Source: a virus
IMG/VR virus record: IMGVR_UViG_3300027972_000007
Location: 106,171 to 170,170 of that record
Strand: one strand, 5' to 3'
Length of the DNA stretch: 64,000 bases
Part shown: in pieces, positions 9,252 to 19,075 of the stretch
How the letters are laid out: each line of letters starts with the position of its first letter
Position numbering within the stretch: the stretch's first letter is position 1
Program-made: the position numbers and the translations under genes
Notes under the pieces: generated by a model
The model's database searches: none
Seen by the model: the letters and a program-made list of their open reading frames with translations, nothing else
What the model was told of the DNA's origin: nothing

Positions 9252-9443
9252 TTAATTCATTTTATCAAATAATATTTTTGCTTGTTCATATTCTTCTTTA
9301 GATACCATTTTTGGATTATTCATTCTTTCGATAATTTTTTTAGCATCTTTCCCTTTTACTAATAAATCATTTCTATTATTAATTAAAAATTTCAAAATAA
9401 TTAATAATAAAATTATCAAAATAATTTCAAATATTAAAATCAT
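9252..9443 (-). CDS. small membrane-anchored protein
   Basis: Hydrophobic N-terminus. Confidence 0.45.
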   Translation of the reverse strand: MILIFEIILIILLLIILKFLINNRNDLLVKGKDAKKIIERMNNPKMVSKEEYEQAKILFDKMN

Positions 9444-9634
9444 TCTACTAACAGATCATTTTCTTCTGCTCCGCCTTCTTCAATTTTATTAACCAAATCT
9501 AAAGGATTTTCTTGCCATTCATAACCACAATTTTTGCATTTTCTTATCATTTTTTCTGAATTTCTATCATATCTCGTAAAAGCATCATTAGCACCACATT
9601 TAATACAACCTGAAAAATTTGAAAATAATTTCAT
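9440..9634 (-). CDS. zinc-ribbon protein
   Basis: CIKCG...CKNCGYEW. Confidence 0.5.
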   Translation of the reverse strand: MKLFSNFSGCIKCGANDAFTRYDRNSEKMIRKCKNCGYEWQENPLDLVNKIEEGGAEENDLLVE

Positions 9635-9674
9635 TTATACCTCTTTTTATAAATAATTAAAAGGAGAAAAATAT

Positions 9675-9953
9675 ATGGAAAGTAATTTTAGTGCTGACGA
9701 AAATAAATCAAAATTAGCCGCAAATACTAATCTAGTTAAATCTAAAAGTTTTATACTTTTCACGCTTGACGATATTACTAAAAATATCTCTGTTAATTTA
9801 TATACTGATATGAATGCAATGGAATTTTCTGGTTTCATGCAATTCATAATTCGCAGCTGCGAAAATAGATTAGAGGAATTCATGAATGAAATAGAAAATA
9901 CTGACAAAGACGATGAAAACATAGACGACCTTGACACTGAAAATTTTAACTAA
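9675..9953 (+). CDS. acidic hypothetical protein, probably late-expressed
   Basis: AAGGAG RBS; T4 late-promoter consensus TATAAATA at 9648-9655. Confidence 0.55.
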   Translation: MESNFSADENKSKLAANTNLVKSKSFILFTLDDITKNISVNLYTDMNAMEFSGFMQFIIRSCENRLEEFMNEIENTDKDDENIDDLDTENFN

Positions 9954-10158
9954 TTTTATATTTTTTATTTGGGTTCGTTTTTCCTCTAAAAGAAAACAAT
10001 GGACATAAAGTCGACGAACAATCTTTTGGGTTTGCATCAGGCATACAATCTGAACACATCAACTTTATTGCTTTTCTTGGCGAAACAACCATTTCAAATG
10101 TTTCGCCATTAATTTGCACCTTCGTGAGTGGTTTTATTTTTTTAACTACATCTGGCAT
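9946..10158 (-). CDS. hypothetical Cys-rich protein
   Basis: KAIKLMCSDC...C...CPLFSFR. Confidence 0.5.
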   Translation of the reverse strand: MPDVVKKIKPLTKVQINGETFEMVVSPRKAIKLMCSDCMPDANPKDCSSTLCPLFSFRGKTNPNKKYKIS

Positions 10159-10219
10159 TTATTTCTCCCATTATATTTTTATACTATAAAATATATTAAT
10201 TAACATAAAAAGTCAAGGA

Positions 10220-10588
10220 TTATTTTTTATATATTTTTCTTTTAAATTCATTTCTATGTTTTGGGCAATATTTTGGATATATATAAGTTCCAGGAAAAAT
10301 CTTAATGAGAAATTGCTCTTTACAACATTCACAATTATAAATCAAAATTTGATTATCAATAAATGTATGTTTAATAATTTGATTATTTAATAATATATTT
10401 TCTTTAATTCCATTTAAATCTATTTTATGATAAATTTCATTTTTGAATTCTTTTGTTCTATGTTTTGGACAATATTTTGCTGCGGTATGCTTCGAGGTAA
10501 ATGTATTACCACAATTTGGATATATACACGTATATGATTTTTGTTTTCTTTCATGAACTTTTTTTGGTGTTTTCAATTTTATCTCCAA
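10220..10588 (-). CDS. zinc-finger protein with a duplicated KYCPKHR motif
   Basis: Two Cys-pair...YCPKHR modules. Confidence 0.5.
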   Translation of the reverse strand: MEIKLKTPKKVHERKQKSYTCIYPNCGNTFTSKHTAAKYCPKHRTKEFKNEIYHKIDLNGIKENILLNNQIIKHTFIDNQILIYNCECCKEQFLIKIFPGTYIYPKYCPKHRNEFKRKIYKK

Positions 10589-10604
10589 ATTTTTAATTGT
10601 GTTT

Positions 10605-11156
10605 CTACAATTTTACATTACAAATATTATCAACAACATTAATATTTTTATATTTTCTGGTATTATAATTATAACGTGTTTTTGAATTAGAAATCAGAAA
10701 AGTTTTAATACCTAAATCAACTGCAGATTTGCACTCTTTAGGATTATCGTCAATCCATATATCTAATTTTTCATTAATGAATTGAAATTTTTTTGGGCTG
10801 TCTGGATTAACAAAAATTATTTTATCAAATCTATCAAAATAATTATTCAGCATTCTTTTTGTATCTAATCTAACTCTCGAATCTCTTGCAGAAATAACAA
10901 CTAATGTATGTCCTTTTTTCTTCCACTCTTCTAATTTAGATTTAAGATTTTTAATTGGTTTAGTATATTTTTTGTTGCACATATAAATAGGATTTTTGTA
11001 TCTGCGAAATACTTCTTCTCTAATAACATCAGGCACGCCAGTTAAATCCCATTTAATAATATCTTTTTTAGTATAATTGTAACCATGTTCTTTTGAAACA
11101 CATTCAATTATATAATTATCAAACATGGTTCCATCAACGTCAATTCCAATAATCAT
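10605..11156 (-). CDS. 5'(3')-deoxyribonucleotidase, HAD family
   Basis: IGIDVDGT, ISAR and WIDDNP motifs. Confidence 0.75.
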   Translation of the reverse strand: MIIGIDVDGTMFDNYIIECVSKEHGYNYTKKDIIKWDLTGVPDVIREEVFRRYKNPIYMCNKKYTKPIKNLKSKLEEWKKKGHTLVVISARDSRVRLDTKRMLNNYFDRFDKIIFVNPDSPKKFQFINEKLDIWIDDNPKECKSAVDLGIKTFLISNSKTRYNYNTRKYKNINVVDNICNVKL

Positions 11157-11389
11157 TTTTTATCCTCGCGATCTCTAAACCATCTTTTACCTTCTTCATC
11201 GATTTCCATTCTAATATCTTCGCATGATAAATTTTCTATTGCTTGTGCATAATGAGAAAATGCTTTTATAAATATTTCACCACATCTACCATAACTTGAT
11301 AGTATATATTTAACATATTCGTATGCTAAATTAGGCACATCTGATATTGGCGCATTAATTAATTCTAATGCTCTTTGTTCAGCCTTCAT
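11153..11389 (-). CDS. hypothetical protein
   Basis: Packed in the operon with overlapping start/stop. Confidence 0.5.
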   Translation of the reverse strand: MKAEQRALELINAPISDVPNLAYEYVKYILSSYGRCGEIFIKAFSHYAQAIENLSCEDIRMEIDEEGKRWFRDREDKK

Positions 11390-11390
11390 T

Positions 11391-11663
11391 CTAATATGGG
11401 TCTCTTTCTCTCGTTAAGACTCTCGCTTGTTCTGTTAATGGCAGATTTTTTTTCCAAGCATGTTTACCATATTCGTTCATATAACACCATCCAACAATAT
11501 CGAATGATTGTCTTTGAGTGGAACAGACACGTTCTAATATTCCTTCATTACATTTTGGACATTTCAAATCTTTTGGTGGATGGAAATCTTCTGGTAATGA
11601 AAAACTATTATTATATTCTTTTTTAAAACCACATTTAGGACACAAATAATCGTGAAAAGCCAT
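11391..11663 (-). CDS. FmdB-like zinc-ribbon protein
   Basis: DYLCPKCG...CPKC...GW. Confidence 0.65.
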   Translation of the reverse strand: MAFHDYLCPKCGFKKEYNNSFSLPEDFHPPKDLKCPKCNEGILERVCSTQRQSFDIVGWCYMNEYGKHAWKKNLPLTEQARVLTRERDPY

Positions 11664-11794
11664 TCTAAAACTCCTTTATATAAACATTTCTTCACAGTAT
11701 ATATTTTTTGAATATTTATTTATTATACAAAATCTAAAAATTAAAAATAAAGCAATAAATAAACCAAATACAATTAAAAATATTCTTTTCATTT

Positions 11795-12196
11795 TTACCT
11801 CGTTTTCCCGTGTTCATACTTTTTAACTATTTTTTCTATCTGTTCTTTAGTTAAAATTTCTAAATATCCTGGTAATTCTTTTTCTCCAATTTCATAATAC
11901 TTCTTTATGCATTCTTTTTGTTCGTTATTAATTTCTTTTTCTTTTTTAATATACTTAAAAAACTGTTTTCTTTTGGGTAAAAATGAACGAAAAAATTCAT
12001 AATGAATATGATTTGGTATATTTTGAAACCTATTTATTTGATTTACTACTGGAACAAAAATATCAGTCATTGAAACAAAACGATTTATCATAAACTGCGA
12101 ATATTCTTTTCTAATTTCGTCATTATCGAAATCAAACATCTCTTTTGTTTCGGTCATGCCATTAAGAAAAGAAAAAATGTTAATTTTATTTTCCAT
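11795..12196 (-). CDS. clamp loader small subunit (T4 gp62-like)
   Basis: IFSFLN...YSQFMINRFVS...HYEFFRSFLPKRKQFFKYIK. Confidence 0.75.
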   Translation of the reverse strand: MENKINIFSFLNGMTETKEMFDFDNDEIRKEYSQFMINRFVSMTDIFVPVVNQINRFQNIPNHIHYEFFRSFLPKRKQFFKYIKKEKEINNEQKECIKKYYEIGEKELPGYLEILTKEQIEKIVKKYEHGKTR

Positions 12197-12218
12197 TAAA
12201 ATTCCTATTTTTTTAATT

Positions 12219-12572
12219 TTACCCTGAATAAGCAACAAATTTATTTCCACACGCATTACATTTTAAAATAATTTTATACACTCCATAATACGACGAAAAT
12301 TTTTGTGATTCGCCACATCTGCATACAATATCACAATTTTTGTCTTTTTGAAATTTAATATTAAATCTATCTTCTATATCATTCAATAATTTTTCATAAT
12401 ACACAAACCAATTACGTTGATGTTCAAAATACACTATTCTATTTTTTTCATAATTTGGTGCATAAATTAATCCGTGTATTTCATAAAAACGATATTCTTT
12501 AGTTTTATATTTTTCATTTAAACAATTTTTCAAATAATAATTCCAAATATCTTTTCTAAAAACTGGTTTCAT
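12219..12572 (-). CDS. hypothetical protein with a C-terminal zinc ribbon
   Basis: CRCG...CNACG. Confidence 0.45.
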   Translation of the reverse strand: MKPVFRKDIWNYYLKNCLNEKYKTKEYRFYEIHGLIYAPNYEKNRIVYFEHQRNWFVYYEKLLNDIEDRFNIKFQKDKNCDIVCRCGESQKFSSYYGVYKIILKCNACGNKFVAYSG

Positions 12573-12778
12573 ATTTTATCCTTATACTGATACATCCCTA
12601 AAAATCTTGGTAATTTTTCGTTACACCACTTTTTATATTCAACCATAGTGTCGAATATTCTTAAATTACAATCATCTAAAACTGGTCTATATGTTTTTAT
12701 ATACCCACTTTGAATTCTTTCTTTCATACTTCTCTGTAATGAAAGTTCGAATCTATTTATTTTTTCTTTGTCCAACAT
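12569..12778 (-). CDS. small protein coupled to the nucleotidyltransferase
   Basis: TYRPVLDD...FDTMVEYKKWCNEKLPRFLG; overlaps the end of the NTase gene. Confidence 0.55.
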   Translation of the reverse strand: MLDKEKINRFELSLQRSMKERIQSGYIKTYRPVLDDCNLRIFDTMVEYKKWCNEKLPRFLGMYQYKDKI

Positions 12779-13289
12779 ATCTTAAAAAATCCTCTAATTC
12801 ATCTATACTCAATATATCTTTTTTTCTATTTGCTGCCTTTTTACTTTTAATAATACCTTCTAAATTCAATAATGGGTATCCATCTTCAATAATTTTATAT
12901 CTTTTGGCATCGTCATAACTATTAAACCCATCTGGAGCAAAAACTATATCGAGTTGAAATGGTTTTTCGAACTGAATAAAATCTTTACCTCTAATTATAT
13001 CAAGTTCAGTTAAAGTACTAATATCAAAATTAAGTTTTTTTAATGCTTTTACTATTTTTTTATTATTTTCTAAATTTTTTTGAGGATATATATCAACATC
13101 TTGTGATGTATCTGGAAATCCTTGCATTATTGCTGCACCTTTTCCAATAAACATATATTCAATTTGTAATTTATTGAAAACTTTTTTAATTTTTTCAATA
13201 TTATTTACTATGTTATTTCTTTTATTTTCGAATAACCATTTTTTAAAATTCATGCTAATCTTCCATTGGCGAATTTTCGCTTCTATCAT
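12753..13289 (-). CDS. minimal nucleotidyltransferase (Pol beta superfamily)
   Basis: YMFIGKGAA...TSQDVDI...K...RKKD. Confidence 0.7.
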   Translation of the reverse strand: MIEAKIRQWKISMNFKKWLFENKRNNIVNNIEKIKKVFNKLQIEYMFIGKGAAIMQGFPDTSQDVDIYPQKNLENNKKIVKALKKLNFDISTLTELDIIRGKDFIQFEKPFQLDIVFAPDGFNSYDDAKRYKIIEDGYPLLNLEGIIKSKKAANRKKDILSIDELEDFLRYVGQRKNK

Positions 13290-13803
13290 CTAAATAATAT
13301 ACTAATTCATTAACTCTATTCATCCAACCATTTAAAAATACATTCAGTTTACTATTTTTCAAAACTATTTTTTCATAAAATTCTTTACGTAGTTTTATAT
13401 ATTTTATAATAATTTCATCTTCTTGATATTGTTTCATTTGTTGTAATGTTATATCTCCAATCAATCCATCATCTTTAGCGCCAATACATCTCTGTAATAA
13501 TTTATTAGCTTGTCTAACTCCTAAATTAACACAAGTATCGAAATGGAATATTGCAACTTCCGGTTCCATTTTATCGCATTTGCCTTTTAACCAATATAAT
13601 TGAAAATATATTGCACTAACTTCTAATTTAGTTATTTTTTTAACAGAATATGGTAATTGCCCTCTTTCTTTTCTAAATGAATCAAAAACGGATTGAGTAA
13701 TTCCATAGTTTGTTGGACCGCCAGAATCGTTGGGATTATTTGTATAACCACCTTCAAATTTTAAAACTAATTCTAATGCTTCTGCAAATATACTTTTTTT
13801 CAT
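13255..13803 (-). CDS. endolysin, GH108 lysozyme with a peptidoglycan-binding domain
   Basis: EGGYTNNPNDSGGPTNYGIT...FLNGWMNR. Confidence 0.9.
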   Translation of the reverse strand: MKKSIFAEALELVLKFEGGYTNNPNDSGGPTNYGITQSVFDSFRKERGQLPYSVKKITKLEVSAIYFQLYWLKGKCDKMEPEVAIFHFDTCVNLGVRQANKLLQRCIGAKDDGLIGDITLQQMKQYQEDEIIIKYIKLRKEFYEKIVLKNSKLNVFLNGWMNRVNELVYYLDDRSENSPMED

Positions 13804-13826
13804 AATAATTTCTCGTCATTAAAATA

Positions 13827-14087
13827 TTAATGCCCACAATATGGTAATCTTTCTCTATCTAATTTAGGTATTTTTTCTGCCCCAATTGGCTTTATTTTCA
13901 TTAAAGCATACCAATTATTTAATCCTAATGTTTTTTTAGATTCTATTACTGACAATTGGCGATGAACCTCATCATAATGATATCTACCGCAACATCTGCA
14001 TAAACCAGACCAGCCAGGATTAACAATAACTGAAGCGAAATAACAACATTTATTTGGTTTAACAAATACTGATTTTTCTTTTTTCAT
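13827..14087 (-). CDS. hypothetical protein
   Basis: Operon-packed ORF. Confidence 0.4.
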   Translation of the reverse strand: MKKEKSVFVKPNKCCYFASVIVNPGWSGLCRCCGRYHYDEVHRQLSVIESKKTLGLNNWYALMKIKPIGAEKIPKLDRERLPYCGH

Positions 14088-14827
14088 GATTTAACCTTCA
14101 AATTTTCAATTAATTGAATAGTAAAAGGAAACAGTATTCCTCTTTTAGTATATTTCTGTATTAATTTCTCTTTTCCTATTTTCCACTCGTCAGTTAATGA
14201 TCCTAATCCTTCGCTTTTATGCTTTACTAATATATCGGCAACTGCAACTTTATATTCGGTATTAATCAACATATCTAAACAAAAAGAAATATCATAAAAA
14301 TTAAAATCAAATTGTTCATCAAATCTCATTCCATCCTTTAATATTTTTCCTCTAATCATTAACATTAATCCATCACAACATATTACATTATCGCTATAAC
14401 CAATATTTCCCTTTATTAGATGTGTTTCTTCGTTATTGGAATGTTCTTGGACTATATGGCCAACTAATTTATCTGGCTCGTTAGCCCACCACATACAATT
14501 TTCTTTATATTCTAAACAACCAATAACTCCCAATAACCCAATTTTTGGATTACTGAAAACCATTTCAACTTTTTCTTCAAAACACTTATCTAATATTTCA
14601 ACATCGTTATGTACAAAAATAACAATATCATTATCATTTAAAGAATCTTTAATATGTTCGATTGCATCATTATATTTTTTTGTTAAAGTTAATGTTTCGC
14701 CTTCTTTATCAAAAACATCATAAGAAACAGTTTCTCTATTAGAAAAATATTTGCCAATATATTTTTCATATATTTCTTTATCGTCTTTATTTCTTGCAAT
14801 TACAAATTTTATCATATTCTCATTCAA
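14084..14827 (-). CDS. glycosyltransferase (GT2-like)
   Basis: YN...IFVHNDV, LGVIG, DGL, RFDE..FNFYD. Confidence 0.75.
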   Translation of the reverse strand: MNENMIKFVIARNKDDKEIYEKYIGKYFSNRETVSYDVFDKEGETLTLTKKYNDAIEHIKDSLNDNDIVIFVHNDVEILDKCFEEKVEMVFSNPKIGLLGVIGCLEYKENCMWWANEPDKLVGHIVQEHSNNEETHLIKGNIGYSDNVICCDGLMLMIRGKILKDGMRFDEQFDFNFYDISFCLDMLINTEYKVAVADILVKHKSEGLGSLTDEWKIGKEKLIQKYTKRGILFPFTIQLIENLKVKS

Positions 14828-15027
14828 TCCTTTTTACATAATTCTTTTTCTAAAAAAATATTTGCATTAACCCAATCATAGAAAATTTTTATGTCATGAA
14901 TTCCTTCACCTATAATTTTAATTGCTTGTTCGTAAGTAATTTTATATTTATAAGCAAATTGTTTCGTTTGTGTTATACCATAATTAATTTGATCTTCACT
15001 TAATTGTTTCATGATTACCTTAAACAC
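14824..15027 (-). CDS. hypothetical protein
   Basis: Operon-packed ORF. Confidence 0.4.
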   Translation of the reverse strand: MFKVIMKQLSEDQINYGITQTKQFAYKYKITYEQAIKIIGEGIHDIKIFYDWVNANIFLEKELCKKD

Positions 15028-15956
15028 TTCTGAAAAAATTCAATTAATGTAGCACAAAAATTAATTTCTTTGTCAATAACTATAGAATCCCAACGCATAC
15101 CTTCTGCAATAATAGATATTGCTTGCGCTCTTTTATCCTCTTTCAATCGAGGAATAATATTATCAAATATTAAACGATATAATTCACTATAATTCATACT
15201 CTTTTCTAATAGATATTTTCTTATTTTGGCATACTCAACATTCATAATCATATCGTAAAATTCGTCATTCACTGCTTGCATATCCAATATTTGTTCATTA
15301 ATACAATCATATATACTGGAAAATTGCTGTAATAGTTTTATCATTGAACGAATATCGGGATAATTTTTATCAATTATTTTATTGATAACTTCTTCTTTAT
15401 ATTCTACTTTTTTATACGAAAGAATTTCAGTTAATCTCTTCAAAATCTTAGGTTTCATTTCATCTACAACTTTTTTATCTGTCATATTGAAATCGACTAA
15501 TTCACATCTTGATTGAAGAGGATCAATTACTCTTGTAATTTGATTACATGTTAAAATAAATCTACACGTTTGATGAAATTCCTCTATAAATGCACGTAAT
15601 GCTTTTTGCATAGCTACATTAGAAGTAGAATCAATTTCGTCTAATATAACTACTTTCGGTTTTCCATTCAAACTTTTAACAGTCGCAAATTGTTTAACTT
15701 TATTTCGTATAGTATCAATACCAGTTTCTTCAGAAGCATTAATATAAATGAAATCGCAATCAATATCATTGCAAATTGCTTTAGCAGTAGTCGTCTTACC
15801 ACTTCCAGGCGAAACCGAAAAGAAGATCATATTCTTAATTTCTCTTGCTTCGATCATTTTTGAAAAATATATTTTCAATTTTCGAGGCAAAATAATATTT
15901 TTTATATTTTTAGGACGAAAATGTTCAACCCACAAAAAACAATCGTACTCTTTCAT
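15015..15956 (-). CDS. clamp loader AAA+ subunit (T4 gp44-like)
   Basis: LWVEHFRP, PGSGKTT, VILDEID, PLQSRC. Confidence 0.95.
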   Translation of the reverse strand: MKEYDCFLWVEHFRPKNIKNIILPRKLKIYFSKMIEAREIKNMIFFSVSPGSGKTTTAKAICNDIDCDFIYINASEETGIDTIRNKVKQFATVKSLNGKPKVVILDEIDSTSNVAMQKALRAFIEEFHQTCRFILTCNQITRVIDPLQSRCELVDFNMTDKKVVDEMKPKILKRLTEILSYKKVEYKEEVINKIIDKNYPDIRSMIKLLQQFSSIYDCINEQILDMQAVNDEFYDMIMNVEYAKIRKYLLEKSMNYSELYRLIFDNIIPRLKEDKRAQAISIIAEGMRWDSIVIDKEINFCATLIEFFQKCLR

Positions 15957-15957
15957 A

Positions 15958-16419
15958 TTATTTTCCTTTGCGTTTCATTTGTTTTCTTATTTGCTTTTTA
16001 TAAAATCTTCTCTGATTGCGGTTCATATTAATATTTAACCCCTGCAAATACTGTTTCTGTTTTTCAGAATCAGGAAAAATGCAACCACAAGCAAATGGTT
16101 CACCTGTAGTTGCAGACCTCCCCAACCATCCCCTACCCCCACATTTTCTACAACCTTTTTTTGGTTCTTTAATATTGATTCCATTTTTTTGTGCTATTAC
16201 TTTTATTATTTGATATGGATTTAAATTTTTCTTATCAACAATTTCTTTAGAATTTTGATCTAAATATTCTACATGTTCTTCGGGTACTTCGTATTCGTCT
16301 TGAAATTGATTTAAATCTGGCACTTTAACATCAAAACTATCAGAACTTGCAGAAATAACCTGTTCTTTATATAAATCATTTGGCGTTGCACTCAATAAAA
16401 TATTTTCTTGTTGTTCCAT
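15958..16419 (-). CDS. hypothetical protein with a DnaJ-like CxxCxGxG zinc motif
   Basis: CRKCGGRG...CGC. Confidence 0.5.
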   Translation of the reverse strand: MEQQENILLSATPNDLYKEQVISASSDSFDVKVPDLNQFQDEYEVPEEHVEYLDQNSKEIVDKKNLNPYQIIKVIAQKNGINIKEPKKGCRKCGGRGWLGRSATTGEPFACGCIFPDSEKQKQYLQGLNINMNRNQRRFYKKQIRKQMKRKGK

Positions 16420-16591
16420 TATTTATCCCTTTTCAATATACGAACCATCCATAAAGGTTTTATTACTTTAATTCTTTTAAATTTCTTCCATCTCTTTTGT
16501 TTTTCATTCAAATAAGTGTAAACAACATTTAAATCTTTTTTAGCTTGTTTACACTTATTTGAAATACTTTTTAAAATATCTTCAACCATTT

Positions 16592-17320
16592 TTACTCGTC
16601 TTTTTCTTCTTTTTCGCTACCTTCATTTAATGATGCCACAAAAACTTCAAGATTTACGTTTTCAGTATTATAGACGAATCTAACGATACCGTCAGATGCA
16701 ATATTAAGAGAATAATCATAATCGGGTATAAGTGTAAAAACTTTACTTGAAATGGTTATATTAAATCTCTTTTCTATACTTTTCTCCAACTTAAATTCAT
16801 CTTCCCATGAATTAGAATGTGAATCGTTAAAACATCTTATAGTAACATTATCGTTGTCAATTTTAAATGATACTTTTTCTGCTTTAATCAAACCAATCAT
16901 TTTCTTAACATTTCTCAAAATATCTTTATCGAGTTTCAATGTTACAAATTCTTGAGGGAATGTTATCTCTTTAGGGCCTTTCTGAATACTTTCAACATCA
17001 GACACTAGATATTTTACTTTTGATTTTTTAGAACAAATCAAAATCTTGTTTTCGTCTACTACCATACTCGGTTCGTCAAAAACGTTTAACAACTGATGAA
17101 ATTCTGGATAATTATAAATTGCTAATGCTTCATCACCAAAATCAAACGAATCTGATGTGGCTGAAAGTACATACGCAACAGTTACTGCCGGATCAGTTCT
17201 TTTAACAATAACTGATTTCGAATCATTTTTCTCAAAAATGATACTTGGGTTAATAGTTGTAAGATCATTAACCAAATTAAGAAAATCTTTCTTAAACTTC
17301 AAAGAATCAGACATAAACAA
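16592..17320 (-). CDS. sliding clamp (T4 gp45-like)
   Basis: INPSIIF, AIYNYPEF, LIPDYDY; close to gp44. Confidence 0.8.
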   Translation of the reverse strand: MFMSDSLKFKKDFLNLVNDLTTINPSIIFEKNDSKSVIVKRTDPAVTVAYVLSATSDSFDFGDEALAIYNYPEFHQLLNVFDEPSMVVDENKILICSKKSKVKYLVSDVESIQKGPKEITFPQEFVTLKLDKDILRNVKKMIGLIKAEKVSFKIDNDNVTIRCFNDSHSNSWEDEFKLEKSIEKRFNITISSKVFTLIPDYDYSLNIASDGIVRFVYNTENVNLEVFVASLNEGSEKEEKDE

Positions 17321-17340
17321 ACTCCTTATTTTAATTGTTT

Positions 17341-17460
17341 ATTATTTACTTGAAATATACCCTATTTAAACGTTTAAATACACCCTACAATTAAGGATAA
17401 TAGAAAAGTAATATCAAAGTACAACAAAAATTATCCTCAATTCTAGGTATGAAATAACGT
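17341..17460 (-). repeat. ~120-bp intergenic element, inverted copy of 60300-60419
   Basis: Hairpin AATTGAGGATAAT...ATTATCCTTAATT and palindrome TATTTAAACGTTTAAATA occur in both copies. Confidence 0.85.
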
Positions 17461-17465
17461 GTTTT

Positions 17466-18209
17466 TCAATCTATCATCATAATCTTGTATAATTCTTGGA
17501 TTTGACTTTCAATTTCAGTTTTTTTAGTAATTTCTGCAGCATCTAAACCATCGCCTATTCCCATTTTATTAGTCAATTTTTTATCTTCTTCTATCTTAAC
17601 TAATAAATCTGCTAATCTGTCTTTATAATCATTTCCTCTTTCATCCCAATCAATAAACAACTTCATTATCTGTAATGGTCTTGTCCAATATCCTTTTTTA
17701 TAATATTTACAAAATCTTAAAGCTGAAGAAACAGGACAGTGAATATTTTTAATTGCTAAAAATTGCATTTTTTCGTGTTCTGCAAAATCTTCGTCTGCTA
17801 TACATTCGTTTTCATTAATTATTGCAATACGAGTTACTGTAAAATCAAAATTTTCTAATATCTCTTCAACTGTACCGTTTGTTTTAACATGAAATTCTTC
17901 TTTAGGTTTTATTAAATTAACTTTCGGGCACGGATAAAAAGAAACTGACGGTTTAAATACTACTGATATTTCATTTTCGTGTTTATTTTCAAATTTATTT
18001 GAAGTTAAAATATTTTTCAGTTCATTAAATGTTTCTTCATCTTTGCAATAAATATCAACATCGTCAGTTTGAGCTACTTTTTTAGTAGTAGAACAACAAT
18101 ATCTTGCATAGCCGCCGCAAATATATGCATTCTTATCTTTCATTAATTCATACAACTTTTTAATTTCCGTAAAACCTCTTAATATTGGCAATTTAACAAA
18201 AGTGGTCAT
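17466..18209 (-). CDS. nucleotidyltransferase, CCA/poly(A) polymerase head-like
   Basis: YICGGYAR...DDVDIY...FDFTV. Confidence 0.7.
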   Translation of the reverse strand: MTTFVKLPILRGFTEIKKLYELMKDKNAYICGGYARYCCSTTKKVAQTDDVDIYCKDEETFNELKNILTSNKFENKHENEISVVFKPSVSFYPCPKVNLIKPKEEFHVKTNGTVEEILENFDFTVTRIAIINENECIADEDFAEHEKMQFLAIKNIHCPVSSALRFCKYYKKGYWTRPLQIMKLFIDWDERGNDYKDRLADLLVKIEEDKKLTNKMGIGDGLDAAEITKKTEIESQIQELYKIMMID

Positions 18210-19075
18210 TATTTCCTCAATTCTTCAAAATTTTTATATAATATTAACTCTAATTTCTTAATCTTTATTTTCAAATCTTCGAAACTACTAAATTTAAATC
18301 CTGCTGCCTTTGCATGTCCGCCGCCCCATTGTAATTTTTTTATTAATGTTCCAATATTCAAACTATCTACATTATGACGAATACTAACTGAATTTTGACT
18401 TTGACTTATTATAAAAATAATTTTATATCTCTGTTTCAAAAAATATTCTGCTAATTCATTATAAAATTTATCAGTATAAAACATTAAACCAAGTATAATT
18501 TCTGTTGGAAAAATTTCTAATTCATCTAATGCTTTTTGAAAACTCGCCTTTTCTTTCTGTATTAATTCTTTTTCAAAATCATTCCATTCAACTCTACCAT
18601 CTTTAAATTCCTGTCTAAATCTTTGAGGAAAATAATGCCAAAATAAAATATTCAATTCTTTTGATTTAAAATGATTATGAATCCACATATCATAATCGTT
18701 TGTTAAATGAACTAATTCATTAAATTTCGATAAATCAACTTTAAAATTCTTCTCTAAAAATAATTTTGTTAATTTTGCACCACAATATTTCTTTATTACA
18801 AATTTATTTATACTCGGATCGTGCCATTCAATAATCGATTCGTGATGATCTATTAAAATAATATTGTCAGATAAATAAATATTATCTCTATTTTCTGGAT
18901 GAATATCAGTCAAAAAAACTTTTTCATATTTACTATAATCTATTTTCTTTAATAAATCATCAAGAATACCAAATTTATAGCTAATATATTCAATATTAGG
19001 AAATACTTTTCCGAGAAGTATTTGGCACACTGTTCCGTCTAAATCATCGTGAGATATTGAAAGTATTGGTTTCAT
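18209..19075 (-). CDS. DHH/DHHA1 phosphoesterase
   Basis: SHDDLDG, TD, IDHH and GGGHAKAAG motifs. Confidence 0.9.
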   Translation of the reverse strand: MKPILSISHDDLDGTVCQILLGKVFPNIEYISYKFGILDDLLKKIDYSKYEKVFLTDIHPENRDNIYLSDNIILIDHHESIIEWHDPSINKFVIKKYCGAKLTKLFLEKNFKVDLSKFNELVHLTNDYDMWIHNHFKSKELNILFWHYFPQRFRQEFKDGRVEWNDFEKELIQKEKASFQKALDELEIFPTEIILGLMFYTDKFYNELAEYFLKQRYKIIFIISQSQNSVSIRHNVDSLNIGTLIKKLQWGGGHAKAAGFKFSSFEDLKIKIKKLELILYKNFEELRK

